Shown: positions 1 to 9,360 of the stretch, in pieces | Layout of the letters: the number at the start of each line of letters is the position of its first letter | Numbering within the stretch: position 1 is the first letter of the stretch | DNA from: an uncultured Candidatus Saccharibacteria bacterium | Lineage (GTDB): Bacteria > Patescibacteriota > Dojkabacteria > SC72 | Reading direction: 5' to 3' | Assembly: GCA_964480345.1 (NCBI GenBank) | Contig: CAYZNW010000003.1 | Location: 45,493-109,492, forward strand | Length of the DNA stretch: 64,000 nt | The notes under the pieces: generated by a model | Databases searched by the model: none | What the model was told of the DNA's origin: nothing | What the model saw: only the letters and a program-made list of their open reading frames with translations | Program-made: the position numbers and the translations under genes

Positions 1-38
1 CTAGCAATAGCATGAGGGTTCGATTCCCTCCTCGACCA
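1..38 (+). tRNA. 3' portion of a tRNA gene (T-arm plus acceptor 3' strand, truncated by the window edge)
   Basis: The sequence GAGGG-TTCGATT-CCCTC forms a canonical T-stem/T-loop (GTTCGATTCC). It is followed by a 7-nt acceptor strand, CTCGACC, and discriminator A. CCA is not encoded. Confidence 0.6.
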
Positions 39-63
39 TATTTTTAATTAAAAGATAATTAAA

Positions 64-753
64 ATGGAACAATTCATATTAGACTTTTTCGGTTCTGTGG
101 GTAAGATAGATTTTAATTTCATTATTAAATTCCTTACTATCACTCTAGTTATATTTTGGATAGTAGTCCTGTATTGGGTTTGGTTTGATGCATCAGAGAG
201 AACTTCAAATAAATGGTCTAAGATTGGATATGTCCTGTTAGTAACATTTCTAAATATCATTGGGTTGCTAATATATCTTCTAATTAGACCTAGTAGAACA
301 ATAGAGGAGATATACTGGGCAGATTTAGAGAGAAGATATCTAAAGTATGAGACTTCTGAATTAGGTGATTGTCCAAAGTGTGGTACTCAATTAGCTCCTG
401 GATACAAGTACTGTCCTAACTGTAAATACAAATTGAAAGTAAAATGTTCTAACTGTGGAGTTTTTGTAGAAAGACACTCAAAATTCTGTGCTAATTGTGG
501 TAATGAATTACGAAAAAACAAAACATTTGTTCCAAATGTTGCTCCTACTAAAGAAGTTATGGAAGAGCAAATAGCTACAACCAAAGAGCAAGTTGTTGAA
601 GCTGTGGAATCAAACAAAGTAAAGTATTCCTCAGGTAAAAGTGTTGCAGTTAAGTTAGGAGATGTAATTCTAGGATTCCTCTCTCCATTTAAGAAAGAAA
701 AAGAGGAAGAGAAGAAAGTGGAGAAAAAGAAAAAAGATAAAAAGAAGAAATAG
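64..753 (+). CDS. membrane-anchored double zinc-ribbon (DZR) protein with poly-Lys/Glu C-terminal tail
   Basis: N-terminal TM helix; four CxxC pairs (CPKCG...CPNC...CSNCG...CANCG); C-terminus KKEKEEEKKVEKKKKDKKKK. Confidence 0.6.
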   Translation: MEQFILDFFGSVGKIDFNFIIKFLTITLVIFWIVVLYWVWFDASERTSNKWSKIGYVLLVTFLNIIGLLIYLLIRPSRTIEEIYWADLERRYLKYETSELGDCPKCGTQLAPGYKYCPNCKYKLKVKCSNCGVFVERHSKFCANCGNELRKNKTFVPNVAPTKEVMEEQIATTKEQVVEAVESNKVKYSSGKSVAVKLGDVILGFLSPFKKEKEEEKKVEKKKKDKKKK

Positions 754-804
754 TCTGAAGGATATTGTGCTATCATTATCATATTAAAGTTAGATTAATA
801 TTTT

Positions 805-1641
805 GTGTTTGAACAAATATCACAAAAAATTACCTCGTATGTCCCTGACTTAAGTCCACTGTTATTCTTCCTATTAACCTTATTCATCTGCCTATATATT
901 TTTTGGAAAGAGTGTTCCAGAACTAGAAAAAACAACTCTTCTGTATTTGATTCTTTCTTTGTTTCTGTAATCTCTGGAGTTATCTTTGGAAGGATATTTT
1001 ACATAATTGCAAACTGGGGTGATTTCTCAAAATATATTTGGTACTGGTTACCGTATGAGAAATACGGTAATGAAATATTCCTGTTCAGAGTACTTCCGTG
1101 GAGATTCTTTAGAGTATGGGATTTAGGTATAGATATTCTTTTCCTGTTGGTAGGCTTCTTTTTTATGTGTACAATCTGGGTGCTTCTTGTAAAGAAATGG
1201 AAATGGAGTCATCTCTTTCCAGCAATATATCTATCCTCATTTACAGTACTTGCTGTCTCTTTCTTCTTCATAGGAAAGATGACAGAGGATAGTAGATGGG
1301 TTACTCAAGGACTGTTCATGGTACTGCTGATACTGTTGTTCTTGTTAATTAAAAATATTTTGATCAAGTCATTAGTAGGTATTAGTGAGATGAAAGCTCT
1401 GTTAGGTTTAGATTCTTTCTTTGTCATCATATCTACCATCATAATTGTACTAATATATGTTAGCTCAAATATCTCAGTATTAGATGGAGTAGGTTTAGGA
1501 ATATTTGTAATTTGGTCTATGTTTGGTCTCCTTTTCCATGTATCTGATACTCGTAAAGCAACTGTAACCATTGAAAGGGTATCATCTGTGAGGCACATAT
1601 CTATAGATGAGGTCAAGAAAAGTATTAGATTACCAAAGTAA
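805..1641 (+). CDS. polytopic membrane protein, possibly prolipoprotein diacylglyceryl transferase (Lgt)-like
   Basis: It has multiple TM helices. 'GRIFYIIANWGDF' and 'FRVWDLG' resemble Lgt 'GGRIGYVLFYNF' and 'FRVWDGG'. The later Lgt signature is weak. Confidence 0.4.
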   Translation: MFEQISQKITSYVPDLSPLLFFLLTLFICLYIFWKECSRTRKNNSSVFDSFFVSVISGVIFGRIFYIIANWGDFSKYIWYWLPYEKYGNEIFLFRVLPWRFFRVWDLGIDILFLLVGFFFMCTIWVLLVKKWKWSHLFPAIYLSSFTVLAVSFFFIGKMTEDSRWVTQGLFMVLLILLFLLIKNILIKSLVGISEMKALLGLDSFFVIISTIIIVLIYVSSNISVLDGVGLGIFVIWSMFGLLFHVSDTRKATVTIERVSSVRHISIDEVKKSIRLPK

Positions 1642-1644
1642 TAT

Positions 1645-2616
1645 ATGGAAGTATTAGATAGCGATATTGGAAAAAGAGTAGACCTATTTCTTTTTGAAAA
1701 ATTAAAAGATCTTCCTGTTAGCAGAACCTTTCTGGTAGAGAATTGGAATGATTTCATTCTGATTAATGATAGGAGTGTTAAACCATCTTACAAAATCAGA
1801 AAAGATGATATCTATTTCATAGATACAGAAAAAGTGCAAAAGCTTCTAAATGCAAAGAGTAAACAGAGTTTGCTTCTAGGAGAGCATGGAAATATAGATA
1901 TACTGTATGAGGATGATAATTGTTTAGTCATTAACAAACAGAGTGGAGTAGTGGTACATCCTGGAGTAGGAAATGAAGAAGGAACATTAGCAAATTTTGT
2001 TAAGGGATATTTAGAACAGAAACAGGAGTTTGATCCTAATATTAAAAGAGCAGGAGTAGTTCATAGACTTGATAAAGGAGTATCGGGATTAATACTTTTT
2101 GCTAAGAATACAAAAGCACAGAATTACTTTCAGAAACAGTTTGAGAATCATACTGTTGAGAAAATATACCGTGCAAAGATAGAGTGTAGTAACTGCTCTA
2201 AAGAGTTTCTAAAATATTTCCCCAAAAAGAAGTTAGATATACAGGAGGAAATTGAGAAACTTGAGAGAAACAACTTCGTTTGTGATGAGAGATGGATGAA
2301 AATAGAGGGATATATAGGTAGAGATAGCGTGAATAGGATGAAAATGCACTTTACTAAATATGAGAGAGGAGGAAGTAAATACGCTTTAACATATATTAGA
2401 CCTGTTAGTTCAAATGAAATATTAGTAAAGATAGCTACTGGAAGAATGCATCAGATACGATGTACTTTAGAATATCTTGGAGCAAACATCGAGGGAGATA
2501 CTTTGTATAAAACAAAAAGTGGCAAGGGTGGAATTCCTGAGAAAATATCTCTATCATCAATATTCATATCTTTGAAAAATTTAAATGGAGATAATTTAAG
2601 AGTTTCTTTGTTTTAA
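1645..2616 (+). CDS. RluA-family 23S rRNA pseudouridine synthase (RluD-like) with S4 domain and a Cys-containing insertion
   Basis: N-terminal S4-like region; 'HRLDKGVSGLILFAKN' catalytic Asp motif; 'GRMHQIRCTLEYLGANIEGDTLY' matches the RluA C-terminal motif. Confidence 0.8.
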   Translation: MEVLDSDIGKRVDLFLFEKLKDLPVSRTFLVENWNDFILINDRSVKPSYKIRKDDIYFIDTEKVQKLLNAKSKQSLLLGEHGNIDILYEDDNCLVINKQSGVVVHPGVGNEEGTLANFVKGYLEQKQEFDPNIKRAGVVHRLDKGVSGLILFAKNTKAQNYFQKQFENHTVEKIYRAKIECSNCSKEFLKYFPKKKLDIQEEIEKLERNNFVCDERWMKIEGYIGRDSVNRMKMHFTKYERGGSKYALTYIRPVSSNEILVKIATGRMHQIRCTLEYLGANIEGDTLYKTKSGKGGIPEKISLSSIFISLKNLNGDNLRVSLF

Positions 2617-2619
2617 TAT

Positions 2620-3825
2620 ATGAGAAGACGGTTAAGAAAAGAGAATAAAAACAAATCTAAGAAAGTAAACTTTAAAGCTTTATGTAAGTTTGTTCTGTTT
2701 GCCATCTTCATATCTACTGTTGTTCTAATTGCTAGAGCTGTTGTCAATCTATCTTTAGTGAAAGTCATAGATTACACCAAAATCAATTCATCTAATGAAT
2801 ATATTTTGTCTAAAAACAGCACTGATTTAAAGAAGACATTAATACTTTTCGAACAGGGTACTGGAGAGAGAAGAAAGATATCTCATGCATATCTATTTGT
2901 TGAGAACAGTAAGAAGAAAAATGGAATGGTTGTATATATTCCTAATGATATGTATTTCAACGGCTTAGAAGAGGAGTTTGGAAACAAAATTCCCATATCT
3001 TCTTTGAGGTATGCAGGAGAGTATCTGCAGAAAGGACGAGGAGTAGAGTATGCACTATGGCAATTTGCTCAGCTTCTTGGAGTTAAATATGATGATTACA
3101 TATGGATTACTTCTGAGGGTGTAGAAGCTTTGAAAGATGTATATGGAGATATGGATGAGGTTAGCAGTACTCTTGCCAATATGTATTCATATGAGAAGGA
3201 TTTCAAAAGTAGCAATGATTTCCTGTTCTTTAATTCAGTATCCTCCAAGATTAATATGATGGATACATTAATATATGCTGATAAACTTAGTAATTTAAAT
3301 GAACAAATATATTCGAGTAAATCACTTTCAGATGTAATGAATCAGTTGAAAAGTGCAAATAGGAAAATTAAAGAGTACAAGATGTATCCTATGAATTTAA
3401 GTGATGAGAAATATTTTAAGGAGGAGGAGTTAAATAGTGGAGGAAAAGCTAAGGTTCTTAATACTCCTGCTTACGATGAGGTATTTAGAGATAAATATAG
3501 CAAAATAATTGGAACTGCTTTAGAAAAGGAACGAGGAAGAGTAGAGGTATATAACGGAAGTGATATTACTGGTATTGCATATCAGGTAGGTAGGAAGATA
3601 GAGAATACTGGAGGAGATGTAGTTAGATATGGGAATGCTCCATCCTCCGTAGAGAAAACCACTGTATATGTTCCAAATATGAAAGAGTATGAAAATACAT
3701 TTAAATTAGTTTCTGAAATACTCTCTGGTAGGTTTGATATTGTAGAAAGTAGAGCTTCTTTTATGACCACAGGAGATGTTGTCATAATATTGGGTAAAGA
3801 TATCAAGTTTATGTATAGCTTCTAA
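2620..3825 (+). CDS. LytR-CpsA-Psr (LCP) family cell-envelope protein with C-terminal LytR_C domain
   Basis: N-terminal TM anchor. The C-terminus 'VEVYNGSDITGIAYQVGRKIENTGGDVVRYGNAP...TTVYV' matches the LytR_C pattern. The central region has a weak LCP-like profile. Confidence 0.5.
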   Translation: MRRRLRKENKNKSKKVNFKALCKFVLFAIFISTVVLIARAVVNLSLVKVIDYTKINSSNEYILSKNSTDLKKTLILFEQGTGERRKISHAYLFVENSKKKNGMVVYIPNDMYFNGLEEEFGNKIPISSLRYAGEYLQKGRGVEYALWQFAQLLGVKYDDYIWITSEGVEALKDVYGDMDEVSSTLANMYSYEKDFKSSNDFLFFNSVSSKINMMDTLIYADKLSNLNEQIYSSKSLSDVMNQLKSANRKIKEYKMYPMNLSDEKYFKEEELNSGGKAKVLNTPAYDEVFRDKYSKIIGTALEKERGRVEVYNGSDITGIAYQVGRKIENTGGDVVRYGNAPSSVEKTTVYVPNMKEYENTFKLVSEILSGRFDIVESRASFMTTGDVVIILGKDIKFMYSF

Positions 3826-3866
3826 ATATTTGCTAATTATTCTGTTTTAATCTACAATTTCTCCAT

Positions 3867-6344
3867 ATGTGGATCATCATACTTACGATATTAATAATTT
3901 CGATTCTGTTTGCTCTCTTCATTATGATATGGGGAAAAAGTCATGTTGAGAAAATAGAAGTATATGAAGATTTAAGGAATCCTTCTGTTATGCAAGTCTT
4001 GGTTCCGAGAGAAAACGATAAATCAGCACTTGCTGCTGAACAGATGTTTGCTTCAATCCACGGTATTTTAGAGGGTAACAAGAAGTGTCTCGATGTAGTT
4101 AGTTTAGAGATTGTATCTATAGAGGATAGCGGTATCAAATTCTATATTGTTGCTCCAACCCCCTTAGCAAAATTCATAGAGGGGCAGGTCTACGCTCAGT
4201 ATCCAAATGCAGATATCCGCTATGTTGCTGACTATGTGAAAGAAAATATTGTAAGTACTGAAAGTTTTGTTACTACAGGAGAGATCGAGATGGAGAAGGA
4301 CTCAATATTTCCAATAAAAACTTTTAGAAACTTTGAAGTAGATCCCTTAGCAGCTATTACAGGAGCTATGAGCAAATTAAATATGGGAGAGCAAGTTTGG
4401 CTTCAGATTTTAATTAGACCTGTCTCAAACTATTGGCAAGCTAAATCCAAGAGCTATATCACTGCTATCAAAGAGGGATTAGATCCAAATGGTGTATCTT
4501 TTGGAGCATTAATAGGGAAAATGGTCGGTGGAATTGGGAAGACATTAACAACTTCTCCTGATGATAAGCCACAGAAAGAGGTAGTTAAATTGGTTCCTGG
4601 TCAGGAAGAGGAGTTGAAGGAGATAGAGAACAAGACTTTGAAAGTAGGTTTTGAGTTTAAGATAAGAATAGTTACGAAAGCAGAGGATCAGTTCAGATCA
4701 GAGCAGATCTTGCGAGATGTTGTTGCTAGTTTCAAGCAGTTTACAACAGCTCATCTAAATAACTTTGTACATGCTCAGCCACAAAAATCAGGTAAAGAGA
4801 TATATGACGAATATGTAAGTAGACATATGGAAGAGGATCAAGATATTTTAAATATTGAGGAGCTTGCATCTTTGTATCATTTACCAAATATTTCAGTAGA
4901 GACTCCTAATATTGCTTGGAGTAGGTCTAGGAAGTTAGAACCACCTATGAATATACCAAGAGCTACAGGGGATAATGTAACTATATTTGGAGAGACTGAT
5001 TATCGTGATGTAAAAGTTCAATTCGGTTTGAAAAGGAAGGATAGGCAAAGACACTTCTACTTACTTGGTAAGACAGGTAGTGGTAAATCTACGCTATTTA
5101 AAAATATGTTCATATCTGATGTGTTGTCTGGAGATGGAGCTTGTTTTGTTGATCCTCATGGAGATACGGTAGAGGAGTTGCTTCAATATATCCCTCCAAA
5201 TAGGGTGAAAGATGTAGTGTATTTCAATCCAGCAGATGTAGAGCATCCAATAGGGTTTAATTTGCTTGAGCTTAAAGATCAATCTCAAAGAGATTTGATA
5301 GCTGATGGGGTAGTTGAGGTGTTTAAAAAGCAGTTTGGAGATTCATGGGGTCCTAGGCTTCAATATATTTTAACTAACTCTGTAGCAACTGCATTAGAAG
5401 CTCAAGGGACGACTCTTTTAGCTGTAACTAGGATCCTTCTGGATTCTAACTATCGTAAGTTCATTTTGAAGCAGGTAAATGATCCAATACTGTATAAGTT
5501 CTGGGTGGAGGAGTATGCACAGATGTCACAGAACAATAAGCTGTTGTCTGAGACAGTATCTCCAATACAAAATAAGGTAGGAAGATTTATTTCTTCTGCT
5601 GTAACACGAAATATTGTTGGACAGGTAAAATCAACAATAGATTTGAGAGAGATTATGGATAACAAAAAGATTCTGTTAGTGAATTTAGCTCAGGGTAAAT
5701 TAGGAGAGGAAACAGCTTCATTGTTAGGCGGTATGATCATAACTAGGTTGCAGGCTACAGCTATGGAGAGAGTTGATATTCCAGAAGAACAAAGGGAAGA
5801 CTTCTTCCTTTATGTTGATGAGTTTCAGAACTTTGCAACAGAATCATTTGCGAAAATTCTTTCTGAAGCTAGGAAGTACAAGCTAGATTTAACTATGACT
5901 AACCAATATATTGATCAACTTCCGTTAACAGTGAGACAGGCCATATTTGGTAATGTTGGAACTTTAGGTTCTTTTGTCGTTAGTCAGTCTGATGCTAGTA
6001 TTTTAGAGAAAGAGTTTGCTCCTATGGTTTCTGCAGGGGATCTTGTTTCTTTAGATGCATACTCTATGTATGTTAAATTATGTATTGATGGTATGACATC
6101 TATACCTTTTAGTGCTAAATCTCTTCCTGTTAGATATGAGAAATTTGGATTAAGTGAAGAGATAGTGGCTCACTCTCGTGAACAGTATGGAACTTCTAAG
6201 ATCGAAATAGAGGAGAAGATAGCGAAGTGGAGTAATCAGTCATATAGTGATAAGGGGAACAGAAGTAATATGAATTTAAAGCAGGAGAAGGTGGGAGAGA
6301 AATCGGAACTAAAAAAAGAAGCAAATAACAAACCGCAAGAGTAG
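3867..6344 (+). CDS. membrane-anchored P-loop ATPase of the VirD4/VirB4/FtsK-HerA (T4SS coupling-protein-like, DUF87) superfamily
   Basis: It has an N-terminal TM helix. Its motifs are Walker A 'LLGKTGSGKST', 'DPHGD' and Walker B 'FFLYVDEFQNF'. A ~380-aa domain of unknown function precedes the ATPase. Confidence 0.6.
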   Translation: MWIIILTILIISILFALFIMIWGKSHVEKIEVYEDLRNPSVMQVLVPRENDKSALAAEQMFASIHGILEGNKKCLDVVSLEIVSIEDSGIKFYIVAPTPLAKFIEGQVYAQYPNADIRYVADYVKENIVSTESFVTTGEIEMEKDSIFPIKTFRNFEVDPLAAITGAMSKLNMGEQVWLQILIRPVSNYWQAKSKSYITAIKEGLDPNGVSFGALIGKMVGGIGKTLTTSPDDKPQKEVVKLVPGQEEELKEIENKTLKVGFEFKIRIVTKAEDQFRSEQILRDVVASFKQFTTAHLNNFVHAQPQKSGKEIYDEYVSRHMEEDQDILNIEELASLYHLPNISVETPNIAWSRSRKLEPPMNIPRATGDNVTIFGETDYRDVKVQFGLKRKDRQRHFYLLGKTGSGKSTLFKNMFISDVLSGDGACFVDPHGDTVEELLQYIPPNRVKDVVYFNPADVEHPIGFNLLELKDQSQRDLIADGVVEVFKKQFGDSWGPRLQYILTNSVATALEAQGTTLLAVTRILLDSNYRKFILKQVNDPILYKFWVEEYAQMSQNNKLLSETVSPIQNKVGRFISSAVTRNIVGQVKSTIDLREIMDNKKILLVNLAQGKLGEETASLLGGMIITRLQATAMERVDIPEEQREDFFLYVDEFQNFATESFAKILSEARKYKLDLTMTNQYIDQLPLTVRQAIFGNVGTLGSFVVSQSDASILEKEFAPMVSAGDLVSLDAYSMYVKLCIDGMTSIPFSAKSLPVRYEKFGLSEEIVAHSREQYGTSKIEIEEKIAKWSNQSYSDKGNRSNMNLKQEKVGEKSELKKEANNKPQE

Positions 6345-6417
6345 AATAGGGTAGAGATAAAAGTTGAAGAGAAAGTGCCTTCTGAAAAGGTATAGTTGAA
6401 GAATATCTCCATAGCAA

Positions 6418-6478
6418 GATATAATATGGTATATCTATTATCTTAGATATAGATATACGGTTCGTTAACAACAAAGGG
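6418..6478 (+). promoter_or_regulatory. conserved promoter/leader element (copy A) with a -10 TATAAT at 6420-6425
   Basis: It is ~80% identical over ~60 nt to 7727-7792. It contains the shared core 'ATATCTATTATCTTAG' and 'ACAAAGG'. Confidence 0.5.
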
Positions 6479-6523
6479 TTAGGTGTCTTCAAATAGTTTT
6501 CTGTTTAGTGTTAAGGAGATAAT

Positions 6524-6814
6524 ATGGGGTCTAAAAAAACTGAGAGTAAAAAGCTCGAATATAAATGGTATGAGTTAGGTGTAAAGCTGAATGATTGTAA
6601 GGATGTAAATAAGAAGATATTTACTCTAAAACTTAAGAGTTTACCTTGTGATAAGATAGTTCGAGATTTGTGGTGTATAAAAGGAGTGTCTAGAGTTTTT
6701 CCTTTTCCTGGTAATAGATTTATACGAGTGTTGAAAGAAGATACGTCAGATTGGCTAGATCTTTATCCAAGTATTTATGATGTATTTAAGAAACACTTTC
6801 CTAAACAATATTAA
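6524..6814 (+). CDS. small hypothetical protein (cassette A, 96 aa)
   Basis: There is an AAGGAG RBS 7 nt upstream of the ATG. It is flanked by the conserved leader and conserved tail. Confidence 0.5.
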   Translation: MGSKKTESKKLEYKWYELGVKLNDCKDVNKKIFTLKLKSLPCDKIVRDLWCIKGVSRVFPFPGNRFIRVLKEDTSDWLDLYPSIYDVFKKHFPKQY

Positions 6815-6828
6815 TCCTTTGTTCCGTA

Positions 6829-6874
6829 AGGGACTCTATATATTTTCATATAAAGAGTCCCTCTTTCTTTTCTT
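6829..6874 (+). terminator. rho-independent terminator
   Basis: Stem AGGGACTCT/AGAGTCCCT followed by CTTTCTTTTCTT. Confidence 0.7.
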
Positions 6875-6924
6875 AAAATATCCTTTGTGTTAGAATAATG
6901 TCAGTAATATAATGTTTCTACTAT

Positions 6925-7704
6925 ATGTCAGGACACTCTAAATGGGATACCATCAAACATAAAAAGGCATTAAATGATGCAAAAAAAGGAAAAAGTTTCT
7001 CTAAGGTTTCTGCATTAATATCACATGCTGCAAAACAGGGAGGTGGTGATCCTAATATGAATCCTACCTTGAGATTGCAAATATCAAAAGCAAAAGAGTT
7101 AGGATTTCCTACAGATAAGATAGAGAAAGCTATACAGAAAGGTACTGGAGAGGGTGGTGATGGAGTTATATTTGAAGAGGTAACATATGAGGGCTTTGGT
7201 CCTTTTGGAATACAAATAATTGTAGATACTCTAACAGATAATAAAAACAGAACAGTAGCTGATTTAAGACAGCTATTTGATGAGATAGGGGGGAATATTG
7301 GAGATTCAGGATCTGTTTCTTGGAATTTTGAAACAAAAGGATATATTCAGATATATTCTGGTCATATGGAAAAATCTCCAAAATACGGTGAACCGGATGT
7401 CTTTGTAGAAGAGAACCCTGAAGAGGTTATGCTATCACTTATGGATATAGAGGGTGTGTTAGATATAGAAGAGATAGAGGAGGATAGTAAGAAAGGGTTT
7501 GTAGTATATACGAAGTATGATAGCTTTGGTTTTGTTAGAGATGAGATAGGTAAGTTAGGTTATTTAATTAAAGATGCTCAGTTAATAAAGGAAGCAAATA
7601 TTTTGAAGGAGTTAACTCCTGAGCAGTTTACCAAAGCCCAGGAAGCTATATCAAAGTTAGATGAAAATGATGATGTACAAAATGTTTGGAGTGATATAGA
7701 GTAG
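6925..7704 (+). CDS. yebC: YebC/PmpR family DNA-binding regulatory protein
   Basis: N-terminus 'MSGHSKWDTIKHKKA' is the YebC family signature; about 259 aa. Confidence 0.9.
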   Translation: MSGHSKWDTIKHKKALNDAKKGKSFSKVSALISHAAKQGGGDPNMNPTLRLQISKAKELGFPTDKIEKAIQKGTGEGGDGVIFEEVTYEGFGPFGIQIIVDTLTDNKNRTVADLRQLFDEIGGNIGDSGSVSWNFETKGYIQIYSGHMEKSPKYGEPDVFVEENPEEVMLSLMDIEGVLDIEEIEEDSKKGFVVYTKYDSFGFVRDEIGKLGYLIKDAQLIKEANILKELTPEQFTKAQEAISKLDENDDVQNVWSDIE

Positions 7705-7726
7705 TGATATGAATCCCCTATAGTGT

Positions 7727-7792
7727 GATATAATATAAGTAGATATCTATTATCTTAGTATAAAGATATATCGTTCATTTAAAACAAAGGAT
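7727..7792 (+). promoter_or_regulatory. conserved promoter/leader element (copy B) with an extended -10 TGaTATAAT at 7726-7734
   Basis: Paralogous to 6418-6478. Confidence 0.5.
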
Positions 7793-7829
7793 AAATATTT
7801 CAAAGAGGTTTTTAGGGAAGGAGAGTAGA

Positions 7830-8150
7830 GTGTCTAATAACATATCGTTATGTCATGCTCGTTATAGTCGTGATATAAATGTCGAGGTGTGGGATAAGTG
7901 TGTTTCTTCTACCAAATTGAAAATATATATACGATTCCCAATGGGAAAGAAAGAGGAAAAGGTTCAATTAGAAGGAAAGAAGCTTTTACAAAAGATTTTG
8001 TACAATATAGCTAATCATCCACATATTGATAAGATACACAGGTCTGCTTATCAAGCGACAATCAAAAAAGACAAATGTTTGAATTCGTATTATTTAGCTG
8101 CAGATATTATTAATATTGTTCTCAAAGAAAGCTCTGAAAATCCTAATTAA
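7830..8150 (+). CDS. small hypothetical protein (cassette B, 106 aa, GTG start)
   Basis: There is an AAGGAGAG RBS upstream. The same 11-nt tail 'TCCTTTGTTCC' follows the stop, as in cassette A. Confidence 0.45.
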   Translation: MSNNISLCHARYSRDINVEVWDKCVSSTKLKIYIRFPMGKKEEKVQLEGKKLLQKILYNIANHPHIDKIHRSAYQATIKKDKCLNSYYLAADIINIVLKESSENPN

Positions 8151-8164
8151 TCCTTTGTTCCAAA

Positions 8165-8204
8165 GAAGGAACTTTTTACATACATCCTTGTAAGAAGTTC
8201 CTTC
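8165..8204 (+). terminator. hairpin (terminator-like) after cassette B
   Basis: Stem GAAGGAACT/AGTTCCTTC; weak U-tract. Confidence 0.45.
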
Positions 8205-8266
8205 AATTCAATATACAAATATCCTCTATATACAAAAATTCCTTTCTAGCATACAATAATAATCAT

Positions 8267-8761
8267 ATGAGAATACTAGGAATAGATCCAGGATTAGCGA
8301 TAACAGGATGGGCAGTTGTAGATTTTGATCCTCATTCTACACCAAACATAGTAGATTACGGATGCATATTTACTGAAAAAGGGCTCACCGTGTCCCAAAG
8401 ATTAAAAGAAATATATGGAGATATTAAAGAAATTGTTTCTACACATAAGCCTGAGTATGCAGGCATAGAAACATTACTGTTCTGTAATAATGCTAAAACA
8501 GCAATAGCTGTAGGAGAGGCTAGGGGAGTTGTTCTTTTAGCTTTAGAAGAAGAAAATATACCCATTAGAGAGTTTACACCTTTACAAGTAAAAAGCTCCA
8601 TAGCAGGATATGGGAAAGCTAACAAGAAGCAGGTTCAAGAAAATGTGAAATTACTCTACGGTCTTAATGAAGTTCCAAAACCTGATGATGCAGCTGATGC
8701 TTTAGCTATTGCGATGGCTACAGAAGTCATTGTATCTAGAGACAGCATTATTCTTAATTAA
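8267..8761 (+). CDS. ruvC: Holliday junction resolvase RuvC
   Basis: 'MRILGIDPGLAITGWAVVD' RuvC N-terminal motif; ~164 aa. Confidence 0.9.
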   Translation: MRILGIDPGLAITGWAVVDFDPHSTPNIVDYGCIFTEKGLTVSQRLKEIYGDIKEIVSTHKPEYAGIETLLFCNNAKTAIAVGEARGVVLLALEEENIPIREFTPLQVKSSIAGYGKANKKQVQENVKLLYGLNEVPKPDDAADALAIAMATEVIVSRDSIILN

Positions 8762-9360
8762 TGCTGTATAATGTATATATGATTACATATATTACTGGTA
8801 AAATACTCAAATCAAATATAGCAAAAGACTCATATGTAGATCTAATAACTACCTCTGGAGTTGGATATAGAGTAAATATCCCTAATTCATATATATGTCC
8901 TGAATCTGGTTCTGATTACTCCCTATACACATATTTGCATGTAAGAGAGGACTTGCAAATGCTTTTCGGTTTTGAGAAGGAGGATGAAAGAGACTTTTTC
9001 ATTGAATTGATTTCTGTGTCTGGAGTAGGACCTAAAATAGCTCTGGCGATACTCTCTAATTTCTCTCGAAGAGAGTTAGAAGAGTTAATAAATGATGGTG
9101 ATGCAAGAGCGTTAAGTAAAGTCCCAGGATTAGGTCTAAAGAAAGCTCAAAAGATTATACTGGAGCTAAGAGGTAAGATAGATCTTACTATTACAGATGG
9201 AAAAGGTGATTCGGTTATAAAGGAGGTAAAAGAGGCATTGAAATCACTTGGTTTTGTTGGTGATTCATTGAAAGAGAAGATTAAATTAGCTGAAAGTATT
9301 TTAGAAATTAATAGTGAGATTGAGATAGAAGATTTAATAAAGAAGATTTTAAGTGCTTAA
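8761..9360 (+). CDS. ruvA: Holliday junction DNA helicase subunit RuvA (true start possibly a few codons downstream)
   Basis: HhH motifs 'ELISVSGVGPKIALAIL' and 'LSKVPGLGLKKAQKI'; the start overlaps the ruvC stop in TAATG. Confidence 0.85.
   Translation: MLYNVYMITYITGKILKSNIAKDSYVDLITTSGVGYRVNIPNSYICPESGSDYSLYTYLHVREDLQMLFGFEKEDERDFFIELISVSGVGPKIALAILSNFSRRELEELINDGDARALSKVPGLGLKKAQKIILELRGKIDLTITDGKGDSVIKEVKEALKSLGFVGDSLKEKIKLAESILEINSEIEIEDLIKKILSA

Noticed and set aside
387-782. 131-aa minus-strand ORF
   Set aside because: It is antisense to the DZR protein gene. Its Phe/Ser-rich sequence is a mirror of the Lys/Glu-rich tail.
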